DNA of 64,000 nucleotides from contig CAWEHK010000029.1 in assembly GCA_963808625.1 (NCBI GenBank), positions 32,001 through 96,000 of the forward strand, written 5' to 3'. The notes beneath the pieces are model-generated. The model saw nothing but the letters and a program-made list of their open reading frames with translations, was not told where the DNA came from and ran no database searches. This stretch comes from an uncultured delta proteobacterium (GTDB lineage: Bacteria > Desulfobacterota > Syntrophobacteria > Syntrophobacterales > Syntrophobacteraceae). The translations under genes and the position numbers were made by a program. Below are positions 19,562 through 29,831 of this stretch, in pieces (position 1 is the stretch's first letter; each line of letters opens with the position of its first letter).

Positions 19562-20848
19562 ATGGATCCGACGTTAGCAAAAGTTGTTTGTGTCTTTCTG
19601 ACCATTGTCTTGGCTGCGGCGGCTTATAGGCCCCTGAATATGGTCATTATCTATCTGATATTCCGCCCTCTTGTGCAACCCTATGCGGCTTTGCAATATA
19701 CATTGGTTGGTGGATTACCAATAACAGCCATTTTTTCACTGGTGCTGATTATTGTGGCAACCGTCACTGGCGTTTTGTTCAGGGCTAATAAAATAATTGA
19801 AAAACACATCCTAATTTTATTTGTATTTATTTATTGGACTGTTGTTAGTCTATTTGGAACTCTAAGTTACGCAATATCACTGGCGCATATAATAAAACTT
19901 GCAACAGGATTAGCTATCTACATGCTTGTTTATAACGGAATTAAGTCTCAATCGTCTATTAAATTAATATTGAATTCAATTGTTTTGTCATCCATACTGC
20001 CGATGCTGTATGGCTATTATCAGTTTATCACAAACACTGGTCATTCTTGGAAAGGTGAATATTACACTGGCAGTCGTATCGATAGTTTTCTATATGAATA
20101 TAATGCATATGGTGAGTTTTTGTGTATTGTTATATGTTCAATAATTGTGTTGTTGCTATGGGAAAAGCATGAGAAACGCCATTTTATCCTCTACACTATT
20201 CTCGGATCACTTGGAATATCGCTTATCCTTTCACTGAATAGGGGATCATGGATTGCCTTAACTCTTGGAATTATTATATCAGCGCTAGCTCACGGTAAAT
20301 ATCTAAAACTAAGATACGTCATTGTTCCTTTGTGTTTAGTTGGGTTGGTCTTCGGATCGCTAATAGTCGGGCGTTTTCAGGAATTGCAGGATCAGGGTGA
20401 ATGGGGCTCCAAGAATACGTTCGATGGCAGAGTAGATGGTTGGAAGAGATTTGCGGCAGTAATGAAGGATAGGCCTTTTGGGGGCTATGGTATAGGTACC
20501 TCTCCTCTCATATCAGGGTTATATTTTAAAACTGATGAGTTGCCACACAATGATTACCTGCGCATATCAGTAGAGGCAGGGCCATTTTCCGGATTGTTAT
20601 ATACCGCGTTTCTTTTCCAACAGTTATTTTCATTCTTCGCCCGTAGAAGAGATTACCACTCATACCATCTCAATTTTCCTCTTCTTATAATGGTTATTTA
20701 TTACATTATTATTTCTTTAACGCAAAACGTAATGCAAAATATGGTTGTGTTCCCAATGTTTCTCTCGCTCCTTGCAGTTGGTCACAAATCTGCTGACTTA
20801 GGGCTTTTCAAGGGGGACACTCGAACACCATCCGGTGATTGTCTATGA
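19562..20848 (+). CDS. O-antigen ligase / Wzy polymerase family membrane protein
   Basis: Multi-TM; LSLNRGSWIA, PFGGYGIG, PHNDYLRISVEAG; AT-rich. Confidence 0.85.
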   Translation: MDPTLAKVVCVFLTIVLAAAAYRPLNMVIIYLIFRPLVQPYAALQYTLVGGLPITAIFSLVLIIVATVTGVLFRANKIIEKHILILFVFIYWTVVSLFGTLSYAISLAHIIKLATGLAIYMLVYNGIKSQSSIKLILNSIVLSSILPMLYGYYQFITNTGHSWKGEYYTGSRIDSFLYEYNAYGEFLCIVICSIIVLLLWEKHEKRHFILYTILGSLGISLILSLNRGSWIALTLGIIISALAHGKYLKLRYVIVPLCLVGLVFGSLIVGRFQELQDQGEWGSKNTFDGRVDGWKRFAAVMKDRPFGGYGIGTSPLISGLYFKTDELPHNDYLRISVEAGPFSGLLYTAFLFQQLFSFFARRRDYHSYHLNFPLLIMVIYYIIISLTQNVMQNMVVFPMFLSLLAVGHKSADLGLFKGDTRTPSGDCL

Positions 20849-22023
20849 TTTGCCAACAAAATCAGTCTATCATATTTCTGCAAAATAGATGCGTTCAGTG
20901 CGGGACTTGCTTGGCTGCGTGCCACTCAGGGTCGCTGACTGCGGAAGTACAAGAGACCGGGCTCTGGAAGATCACGCACGATAACACATCGTGTGACGGA
21001 TGCATGCGATGCATTATGGTATGCCCAGCTCGGTTGTTGCCCAACCTGAGTTTGTCCGAAGAGTTTCTGTCCCGGTTGCTGGACGTGAGACTGGCATACA
21101 GCAGAGACAATAAGGAGAGGTGGAAGTCGTCCTCGGGCGGAGCGGGTCGAACACTTATTAAAGGAGCGTTGGAGAAGGGGCTTGTTGACGCTGTCTATAC
21201 TCTGAAAAAGACTGCAGATTATCCTTGGACTGAGGGAACCTATTATTACCGCCCCAGTGATACCCATTGCATACCGAATTCTATCTATCACCCGGTGTTA
21301 GTCAACAGGAACCTGACTACAGACGCGAAGGCAAAACGGATTCTTCTGGTTGGGACAGCATGCCAGATCCTTGCGGCGCAAAAACTGCTGAGGTATACAA
21401 GCGGCGATATAACGACTATTGCCATATTCTGTAAGCAGCAGAAGACACTTGAGGCGACAACGCACCTCGCCCGCCGGCTAAGGGTGGACTTCAGCACTGA
21501 AGCAAGTTGCGGGCCCGAATACAGAGGTCAAGGCTGGCCGGGCAGGTTTACCATCGGTGAGAGATCAATAGCTTGGGAAGTTGCAGCAGCCGTCGTGTTT
21601 GGCAAACGCCTGTGGCGAGTACCGGGTTGCCGATTCTGTCCCAATCCCATGGGAGTTGGAGTTGATATTACGCTGGCGGACCCCTGGGGATTGGATGCCT
21701 CCGGCCAAATAGGAAAAAGCATGGCGATGGTTTGGACGGATAGAGGAAAGGCTTTGATCAATGCCAATGGAGATATCCTGGCAACTGAAGGCCTGGATCG
21801 GCAACTGTTAGCCGGATCTATAGACATGGCGGGTATTATTCGTAAACAGAATTTGGCAGCTTACTACTTAGGCAAGAAAGTCTCACTCCGTACCTCTATA
21901 GCAGGCGCCGCGGAGCGCCTGCAAACTGCCGCCTTGGAGTCGATCTTGAAGCGATGGAACATCCCGGACTTCGCCCATAAGGTTCTTGGACGCATGCCGG
22001 ATTTGCCGTCGCTTATCATCTGA
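20839..22023 (+). CDS. FrhB/FdhB-like (F420 hydrogenase beta subunit family) protein with 2x[4Fe-4S] domain
   Basis: CVQCGTCLAAC, CDGCMRCIMVCP, SSSGG, VGTACQI, EYRGQGWPG, DITLADPW. Confidence 0.85.
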   Translation: MSMICQQNQSIIFLQNRCVQCGTCLAACHSGSLTAEVQETGLWKITHDNTSCDGCMRCIMVCPARLLPNLSLSEEFLSRLLDVRLAYSRDNKERWKSSSGGAGRTLIKGALEKGLVDAVYTLKKTADYPWTEGTYYYRPSDTHCIPNSIYHPVLVNRNLTTDAKAKRILLVGTACQILAAQKLLRYTSGDITTIAIFCKQQKTLEATTHLARRLRVDFSTEASCGPEYRGQGWPGRFTIGERSIAWEVAAAVVFGKRLWRVPGCRFCPNPMGVGVDITLADPWGLDASGQIGKSMAMVWTDRGKALINANGDILATEGLDRQLLAGSIDMAGIIRKQNLAAYYLGKKVSLRTSIAGAAERLQTAALESILKRWNIPDFAHKVLGRMPDLPSLII

Positions 22024-22248
22024 AGGAAACTGCATGACGTGCAGAGCCCGCTGCTGTATGGCGTGGCGCTGTATGGCGCAAAGTTTCTCAGTGCCTCACC
22101 ATCTTTGGCGAAGCTCCGTGCATGATCTCAGAGAAAGTGAACATGTACCCTGAACGTTTAATCAGAGGCAGCTGAGCGGATTTGCCGCTTGGTGCAAGGT
22201 AACACGGATGCTCACGACTTAGTGAGTGAGAGAATTCGAGAGAGTGAA

Positions 22249-23580
22249 ATGAAGATACTTGTTCCTGAGGAGATTCCCAGTCACAATAAAGGTGAAATGG
22301 CCTTGATGCTTGGCTTGATCGAATCCTTTCGGCCTTTGGGCAATCACCAATTCCGGATGTTTTCTCCAAATCCTGAGCTCGATCAAATCAACTACGCCGG
22401 TCTTGTTGGGGTGGTGGATGCCAGGGGTGTTATTCCAAAGCACATGCTGGACGGACAGTGGTCTAGAGCCGCCAAGATCAGCAGCTACGCCAAATTCGTG
22501 CTAAAGCATCTCACCTTCGCACTTCTCTACATGGTGTTGGGTAGTTCTGCATGCAGGTTGATGCGAAGGGAATTATGGCAATCATATCTGTGGGCCGATA
22601 TTTTACTCGTGGCGCATGACAGTTCTTTCAACACCACGTATCATTGTACACTTGCGCTCTTTGCCAAGGCAATCAGGAGGCCGTGCATCATTTACGCAGC
22701 TACAATCAAGCCGCCTCATCGCAACCAGCGCACCCTGAAGAATCGCTGCATTGATCGCTTTCTCTGCTTTTGTCTCAAGTGCGTCGATCTGATCTCTCTC
22801 CGCGAATCAATGTCGCTGGATTATCTGGAGGGGCTTGGAATGGATTCCAGGTGTGTGCCCACTGAAGTATTACCCGACCTCGCATTCCTCTCTCCCTCTT
22901 CCCCAGCTTCTGAGATCGACGAAATTGCCAAGCGTGAAAAAATACCGCGAAACGATGTTCTCATAGGCATGGCAATCAGCCGGCGCAAACTCGATTTTGC
23001 ATTTCCCGGGCAACGTGACCTCACCCGCGAAGACCGGCATGAAAAGGCGCTTGGGCACATTATAAGACTGGTGGATTACCTTACAGAGAAGCTGGAAGCA
23101 TGGGTTGTCTTTATTCCTCACTCCATCGGCCCCACGCCCGTGCTTGATGACCGCAGGATGGCCGCCACAATTCGTGACAGGGCGAAAGATAGTAGCAAGA
23201 TCCTGATTATCGGCAACGAGTACGGCGCCGCGCAGTTGAAGGGGCTTGCCGGTTTGATGAATATGACCATAAGCACTCGGCTGCACTTCACGATTGATTC
23301 CGTATGCATGCGAGTGCCGTCGCTGCTTATCACCCATAATGGTGACATTCGTTGCCATGGAATCATCGGTGTCATGTTCGATCAACACGAATATGTATAC
23401 AACATAGATAATATCGAAAGTGAGACTCTGATAGGGTCTGCGCGTTGTTTATGGGAAAACCGTCAAGTCTTGTCAAAAGACCTGAGCGAAAAGGTAAGCA
23501 AGATAAGGCAGCAGACTTATAAACATGGTGAACTGGCAAAGGGCGTCTACGATAAATATCATTGCAACAGTCGAAATTGA
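22249..23580 (+). CDS. Polysaccharide pyruvyltransferase family protein
   Basis: NKGEMALM, ISLRESMS, LPDLAF, ISTRLHFTI. Confidence 0.85.
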   Translation: MKILVPEEIPSHNKGEMALMLGLIESFRPLGNHQFRMFSPNPELDQINYAGLVGVVDARGVIPKHMLDGQWSRAAKISSYAKFVLKHLTFALLYMVLGSSACRLMRRELWQSYLWADILLVAHDSSFNTTYHCTLALFAKAIRRPCIIYAATIKPPHRNQRTLKNRCIDRFLCFCLKCVDLISLRESMSLDYLEGLGMDSRCVPTEVLPDLAFLSPSSPASEIDEIAKREKIPRNDVLIGMAISRRKLDFAFPGQRDLTREDRHEKALGHIIRLVDYLTEKLEAWVVFIPHSIGPTPVLDDRRMAATIRDRAKDSSKILIIGNEYGAAQLKGLAGLMNMTISTRLHFTIDSVCMRVPSLLITHNGDIRCHGIIGVMFDQHEYVYNIDNIESETLIGSARCLWENRQVLSKDLSEKVSKIRQQTYKHGELAKGVYDKYHCNSRN

Positions 23581-23701
23581 TATACATACTAAGGTGCTAT
23601 CAAAACTATATTCACCGATTTTGGTGAGCAGTTACATCATTGGCCAACTTTCAGGTCTATTTAGTTGGCAGCTATCCTAGCCTAAGAAGAGGATAGCATC
23701 T

Positions 23702-24630
23702 ATGAGGTTCGAACAAAAATCGGTCGTAAAGGAATGGTTCAACCATATAGCCAATGGATATGCTTCGAAGCGTGATATTCCTGAGATCATACGTGAAAGA
23801 ATAAGAATTCTGAGCCTTATTGCGGATTTCTCAAGATATGAAAAACGGATCCTGGACATAGGCTGTGGTGATGGAGCCTTCCTTGACGCTCTTCTGAATA
23901 TCGGGGGTGAGATTCATGCCATAGATGTTTCCGAAAGGATGATCGAACTCGTACATGAACGATTTCAAGGTCATCCCGAAGGGTACCGGTTGCACCTCGA
24001 CGTAGGTGATTTTTTGACGGTCGAGTACCCAGTCGACTTTTTCGACCTCGTTTTGGCCATTGGCGTGCTTCGGTACATGTCCTCTTGGGAGATGGCGCTT
24101 GCCAAAATTCGCCGAATTCTCAAGCCAGGTGGGATATTGGTGGCAACCTTTTACTATCGGTTTTCCCCTTGGTGGTTCTCGATGTGTCTGCTCTATCGAC
24201 CCATTCTTCCCATCATTAGCCTTCTTAGGCGACGGTCGTTCAAGTCGTGTCTATTGCGCTATGATGCCGAGCCGCTACCCTTTTCTTATTCGAAGTTCAT
24301 GAAGCTGGACAGTGGTAAGTTCTCCAGGAATCTTGAAATCTCATCTGCTAAGTGCTTGAAATTCCTCATTTGGGCAATTTGAGATGTCATTCATGGACCT
24401 AACAATTTCAATAACTTACGAGAACTTACCACTGTCCAGATGAAGTTCTCTCCAATGCTGGCTTCCAAAATGCACAGATCAAGCACTCCGGATTCACTTA
24501 TTTCCCATTTAATCGCGTTTTCCCTCGTATATCGAGTTATATCGCCGTGAAGTTGGAGTCCTCATTCAATGATTCCTGCATTCTCGGGTGGCTGGGAAGT
24601 GTATGCATCGTGAAGGCGGTTAACCCATAA
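23702..24630 (+). pseudogene. Class I SAM methyltransferase interrupted by a MITE
   Basis: ILDIGCGDG and RILKPGG motifs. The ORF runs into the MITE at 24305; a plausible C-terminus (VLSNAGF...WLGSVCIVKAVNP*) resumes after 24445. Confidence 0.75.
24305..24439. mobile_element. 135-bp MITE
   Basis: Perfect 20-bp TIR ctggacagtggtaagttctc / gagaacttaccactgtccag; 6-bp direct repeat atgaag at 24299-24304 and 24440-24445. Confidence 0.92.
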
Positions 24631-25098
24631 CAAATCTGCTCTTGGAGTGGACGGTAGCACTTACTAAGAGCGATGCATGAATTAGTTCGCACGAGAATGG
24701 CATACTCGCATCACTATAGAGGTGTCCTGTGCTGGGCCTTTTGGGAAACACTCTGTAGCGATCTCATGTGGTCCGATTCATCAACGATACGTAGCCTAAA
24801 TCGTTCCACAAGAAAGGAGACCGCCAGCAAGGCCAGGAGACTCTTGTAGCGTCTGCGCGACGTTAATGAGAAACCCCTGAAGCCGTGTCAAGAGACGCCA
24901 CCGAAAAGGCGGTCCAGATATAGCAGCAGGACTACTGGCATGGTGAACTGGCATAAGACATCTGCTAGAAATTTGGCTGCTTCGCTCGAAATTAGGACCA
25001 ATATTTGCTCCGACAAGCAAACCGCACGGAACAACCATGGGCGTCGGCCTGGCTGGTTCTTATGCAGATCGAAAGGAGATGGGTGAGAGGTCTGTGCA

Positions 25099-26409
25099 AT
25101 GAAAATTCTGATTATTGAAGCGTATACTGCCGCCAACATCGGTTCGGGGGCACTGGTGGAAAACAGCATTAGCCTGCTAAATGAAAACTTCCCTAAGGCC
25201 AAAGTCGAGATCCTCGCCCAGAATCCGGATTCAATAGCCAGATTGACCGGACTGCCGACATACCCGGAGTTGTTTACGCTTCCTCTGAGGAGACCTAGAT
25301 TACAGCAGGTATTCTGGCTACTGATCACGGGTTCGTGGATGGCCGCACAATCGGTGGCTTTTGCACTCAGGAAGCTTTGTCTCAATATCCCCGAGTCTTT
25401 TTACACGTTTGATGACGACAGGCTCCGGGCGCTTCGGAAGATCAAGGAAGCAGATATGATCGTAAGTGTCGGGGCCGAAAGGATAAATGACAATTTTTAC
25501 AAGGCCATCTTATTTTCGCTTTTTATGCTCTGGGTTGCACAAAAATACGGTAAATTCCTCATCCTATTTCCCCAAACCATCGGACCTTTCCACTTCACCC
25601 TGACAAAAGCCTTGTCTGCATCGATACTGAACCATTGCGACATAATTTTTCTTCGCGATGAAAAATCGCGTGACATCCTGAATGAGATCGGCGTCCGAGG
25701 ACCCAAAATAGTTGGAGCGTGTGATGTTGCCGTTATGCAGTCGCGCATTTCGGCAGACGATGGGCAGCGGTTGCTCGCGGGGGCAGTGGATACGGACGGG
25801 AACAGACCGCTTGTCGGTATTTCAGCGATGAAGTGGTCCTACATTAAGGCCCAGGGAAAAAGCGGCTACTCTGAGTACAAGGATGCCCTGGCGCGAGTGG
25901 CCGATGATTTGGTTGAACGAAAGAGCGCAAAAATCCTTTTCCTGGCAACAAACGTTCTCACTGAGGGTTGTCGTGAAGACGATGTGGCTGCTGCCACGGA
26001 AATAGTTCAGCTGATGAAGTACAAAGATGATGCCTGTGTTCTGGACACTCTGTATTCCCCCTCTCAGATGAAAGGGATTATGGGGCTTCTCGACCTTTGC
26101 CTGGTCACACGCATGCACGCCTGCATTTTCGCCACCGGGGCCTGCACACCTACGGTATCAATCAATTACCAGTTCAAACTCCACGAGTACATGAAGCTTG
26201 TGGGGCTTGAAGACTATACCATCGATATTGACAGGGTCACATACGAGACGCTCAGTGCGATAGTCGACCGGGCATGGAGCAATCTTCCCCGCATGCGCGA
26301 AATCTTAGAAGAAAAGGTGCACTCTTTGACCCAGCAGCTTAGCGCTGCCATGGGCCAACTGCCCCCCCACTATCACAGGAGAACACGGCTATGCACAACA
26401 AATCCCTGA
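25099..26409 (+). CDS. Polysaccharide pyruvyltransferase family protein (second)
   Basis: NIGSGAL, PQTIGPF, FLRDEKS, TRMHACIFA, INYQFK. Confidence 0.88.
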   Translation: MKILIIEAYTAANIGSGALVENSISLLNENFPKAKVEILAQNPDSIARLTGLPTYPELFTLPLRRPRLQQVFWLLITGSWMAAQSVAFALRKLCLNIPESFYTFDDDRLRALRKIKEADMIVSVGAERINDNFYKAILFSLFMLWVAQKYGKFLILFPQTIGPFHFTLTKALSASILNHCDIIFLRDEKSRDILNEIGVRGPKIVGACDVAVMQSRISADDGQRLLAGAVDTDGNRPLVGISAMKWSYIKAQGKSGYSEYKDALARVADDLVERKSAKILFLATNVLTEGCREDDVAAATEIVQLMKYKDDACVLDTLYSPSQMKGIMGLLDLCLVTRMHACIFATGACTPTVSINYQFKLHEYMKLVGLEDYTIDIDRVTYETLSAIVDRAWSNLPRMREILEEKVHSLTQQLSAAMGQLPPHYHRRTRLCTTNP

Positions 26410-28454
26410 TCCTTGCATTGATTGTCTTAAGCGCTGCAACTTGCTTGCTCTGTGGTTTCCATGATGCTGTGGGCGCAAACCTGACATGGGAGTCAGTTCC
26501 CCTCAGGTATGAACAGCAGAAGGCCGCAGGTATGATGGGCGGCGAGGGCCTCCAGTATGTGTTTGGTCTCACCTATGCACCAAGTGACCCCAGCATTGCC
26601 TACTTCTGTGTCGATACCGCCGGGGTATGGAAATCTACCGACGGGGGGGCCACCTGGAGACCTCAATACAGAGGCTATTTGCCATACGGCGCTCGCTCCA
26701 TCGGCGTGGATCCCATCAATGCAAATGTTGTCTTCGCAGCGGGGTTCCTCGGCCAGACATTCGAGGAGGCACAGAAATATCCGCAAAGACAGGAAGGTAT
26801 ATACCGGAGCGCAGATGGGGCCGAATCATGGCAGATTGTCAGGAAAATGGGCTTTTACAGGCAGACATCCGCCCTCGGTCGGCTTTTTGCGTTTGACACG
26901 CGCGACGTCAAGAACGGCAAGACTATGACAGTTTATGCGGGGGGCTTCGGCGAAGGCCTGTTGCGATCAAGCGACGGAGGCAATACTTGGAAAACGGTTG
27001 CGTTAGGGGGCAAGGAGATTACGGATATGCAGGAGGACCCAGTCAATCCTGGAACCATCCTGGTCGCAGCGACAGACGGATTCTACAGGTACAGCATGGG
27101 GACCATCAATAAGCTTGGGGCAGGCCTTCCCGAAACGGTTAAGACATTTGCCGTATCACCCCAAAAACCCGAGGTCGTCTATGCGGCTGTCGGCAACTAC
27201 GGGATTTATAAGTCCCTGGATTTCGGCGCAACTTTTCGACAATCCAACTCTGGGCTTCCCCGGAAATACTATAGCAATGTTATGGTGAGCCCTGTTGACT
27301 CCGATGTTGTTTATGCCAGAGCCCATTTGGCATCGGATCCACCATATTACAGCGGTGATGGTGGGAAGTCCTGGCATGCCCCCAAAGAGACGGATATGAC
27401 CCATGTTTTGGACAGCGAGGGTTTCTGGTTCTCCAGTCCTTTCGCTCCCCACCCGAAAGAACCCAAGACCGCCTTACACGTGTCCAACGGTATGGCGCGC
27501 ATCCTCAAGACAACGGATGGCGGGGTAAACTGGTATTATAGCGGCAACGGATTCACCGGCGGCCGCATGGAAGCTATGGTTTTCCAACCAAATGGATATA
27601 TGCTCTTCTGCCTCACTGATCACGGCCTTTGGGAAACTCGAAACGATGCTGATACATTTAATCAACTAAACATAGCGCGTGCCTTTGGCGAAAAATCCTC
27701 CAGTTCTGCCGATATACGCGGACAAACTCTTGTGGCATCTGTTGGTAGTTTCGATAAAAAGATCATTGCCGTCAGCAAAAATTTTGGCGTGACCTGGAAA
27801 TACTTTAATCAATATGTGGATACTTTCAACTTTATACGATTTCATCCATATAAAGATAACGTTATCTACGCCGGCCCCTACAGGAGCGCCACAGGAGGCA
27901 GTTCCTGGAAGAAGCTTCAATATACGATCATGGCTATGAACGGAGGAGATGGAGATATAGTTTACAGTGCTGTGGGAAGATCTGATTATATGTCAAACGT
28001 CTTTAAGTCCACTGACGGAGGTACAAGTTGGTCGCTTCCATATCCGCCGGCGCCAATCAGCGGTACCTCGATCATTAATATTGCCGCCGACCCCCGTAAT
28101 CCGGATAGGGTCTACCTCGCTACTGCTAACGGAGTATATATTTTCAACGGATCGCGCTGGCTGAAAAGAAACGCAGATCATGGCCTCGAACTGGACGCTT
28201 ATGGGAGATGCTCTACGTGGGGCCTGGCAATTGATCCCAGAAATCCTGACACCTTATATGTGGGCAGAAGGGCTGTGGGATACGGGAATTCTAATGGCGT
28301 CTTTCGCTCAAGAGATCAAGGAATGACTTGGGAAAACATAAACTACAACCTCTCACCGGGTCTGACTGTCTTTTCTGTCCATGTGAGTCCATACGACAGT
28401 GCTGTCTACATCAGCAGCTCATTGGGCACGTACAGAATGAAGACCGAGCCGTAA
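26391..28454 (+). CDS. Secreted BNR/Asp-box repeat beta-propeller protein
   Basis: Signal peptide and many S-x-D-x-G-x-T-W repeats (STDGGATW, SSDGGNTW, TTDGGVNW, SRDQGMTW). Confidence 0.85.
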   Translation: MHNKSLILALIVLSAATCLLCGFHDAVGANLTWESVPLRYEQQKAAGMMGGEGLQYVFGLTYAPSDPSIAYFCVDTAGVWKSTDGGATWRPQYRGYLPYGARSIGVDPINANVVFAAGFLGQTFEEAQKYPQRQEGIYRSADGAESWQIVRKMGFYRQTSALGRLFAFDTRDVKNGKTMTVYAGGFGEGLLRSSDGGNTWKTVALGGKEITDMQEDPVNPGTILVAATDGFYRYSMGTINKLGAGLPETVKTFAVSPQKPEVVYAAVGNYGIYKSLDFGATFRQSNSGLPRKYYSNVMVSPVDSDVVYARAHLASDPPYYSGDGGKSWHAPKETDMTHVLDSEGFWFSSPFAPHPKEPKTALHVSNGMARILKTTDGGVNWYYSGNGFTGGRMEAMVFQPNGYMLFCLTDHGLWETRNDADTFNQLNIARAFGEKSSSSADIRGQTLVASVGSFDKKIIAVSKNFGVTWKYFNQYVDTFNFIRFHPYKDNVIYAGPYRSATGGSSWKKLQYTIMAMNGGDGDIVYSAVGRSDYMSNVFKSTDGGTSWSLPYPPAPISGTSIINIAADPRNPDRVYLATANGVYIFNGSRWLKRNADHGLELDAYGRCSTWGLAIDPRNPDTLYVGRRAVGYGNSNGVFRSRDQGMTWENINYNLSPGLTVFSVHVSPYDSAVYISSSLGTYRMKTEP

Positions 28455-28705
28455 CCGTCCACCGAAGTGTTTTCCACACCCGCAATTTCCTATGGGACAA
28501 CCGAAACATTGGAACGGTCACCATCACGCAGGAAGGGTAATCTTGAAGGCCCCAGAGTCGATTTGGACGCATTTGCGTTTTGACGACCTCTTAAAACAGA
28601 AGTGCAGCAACACCAGTATTTGATATGGGCGTAAATATCGCACCAGTTCTGCGTACAATCGCTCAATTTAGGTACGTACAAACTGATAAGTGGAGCACTT
28701 AGTTC

Positions 28706-29761
28706 TTGATGACCAGTAGAAAAGTTTTCAATCGGCTTTTAGCGGCAACATGTTCTGTTACGGGTTCAACATGGTTATATTCGAACATCATAAATAAGAT
28801 AAGGACGATACCAATTATATTCTATCACGAGGTGGGAAAACACAACAGTGAATTTGAAGAATTCTCTGTCAACCGTGATAACTTTGAAAAGCATGTTGTG
28901 TGGATGATAGACAAATATAGCCTGCTTACCATAAGTGATTTATGCAGCCACATCGAAGGGAACAAAAATCTTGGTAATAATGTTGCAGCTATCACATTTG
29001 ATGGTGGATATTTGGGAAATTACTTAGATGTGTGGCCAGTGTTAAAGCGTTACCAGTGCCCTGCTACCATTTATGTTATCACAGATCCTTTGGATGGCTA
29101 TATGCCACCACACAAGCGAATCATGTATCTGATTTCAATGACTAAAAAACGCTCATGCACGTTTGTCAAAAAAGATGGGCGGTTAGTAAAGCTTAAACTG
29201 CACTCGTTATTGGAGAAAAAAGCATCCCGTAAATTCATTGAAAACCAATTGAGCGCACTCAATCTCGACGAACGTGAAACTCGCTTGAACGAACTTACCA
29301 ATGAGCTGGAGGTAGATTTGTTGGATCTCCCCAAGAGGATTTTCTGTTCATGGGACCAGATACGTGAGATGAGCCAGAATAACCTTATTGAAATTGGCTC
29401 GCATAGTGTCTCACATCCTCGGCTTACCGATGTTTCGCCCGAAGAAGCAAGAACAGAACTGCGGAGATCGAAAGAACGAATTGAATATGAATTGGGAAAA
29501 TCGATTAGTTCATTTTGCTATCCTGATGGGTTCTATTCTCCTGAGATCATTAGGCTTGCGCAAGAGGCGGGGTACTCGTCTGCGCTGGCAGTCTCAACAC
29601 CCAGGGTATTGAATGACCTTAACTCAGTTGGTGATGGGATCTACGAACTAAGAAGGATCTGCATGCCGGATGATGGTAGTTCATTCGTACTTGCAGCTGA
29701 AATCTCGGGACTAATGCGCGTCATTAAGAAATTGACGAAGCAGATGGTCAACTCCTTCTGA
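28706..29761 (+). CDS. Polysaccharide deacetylase (CE4/NodB domain)
   Basis: IFYHEV, AITFDGGY, EIGSHSVSHP, FCYPDG. Confidence 0.9.
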   Translation: MMTSRKVFNRLLAATCSVTGSTWLYSNIINKIRTIPIIFYHEVGKHNSEFEEFSVNRDNFEKHVVWMIDKYSLLTISDLCSHIEGNKNLGNNVAAITFDGGYLGNYLDVWPVLKRYQCPATIYVITDPLDGYMPPHKRIMYLISMTKKRSCTFVKKDGRLVKLKLHSLLEKKASRKFIENQLSALNLDERETRLNELTNELEVDLLDLPKRIFCSWDQIREMSQNNLIEIGSHSVSHPRLTDVSPEEARTELRRSKERIEYELGKSISSFCYPDGFYSPEIIRLAQEAGYSSALAVSTPRVLNDLNSVGDGIYELRRICMPDDGSSFVLAAEISGLMRVIKKLTKQMVNSF

Positions 29762-29831
29762 AACAATATCGCCGCATTTATGGCATGCCGATTAGCCGCA
29801 CGGCTCCCTATTCTTATGAGGTGAATACCGC

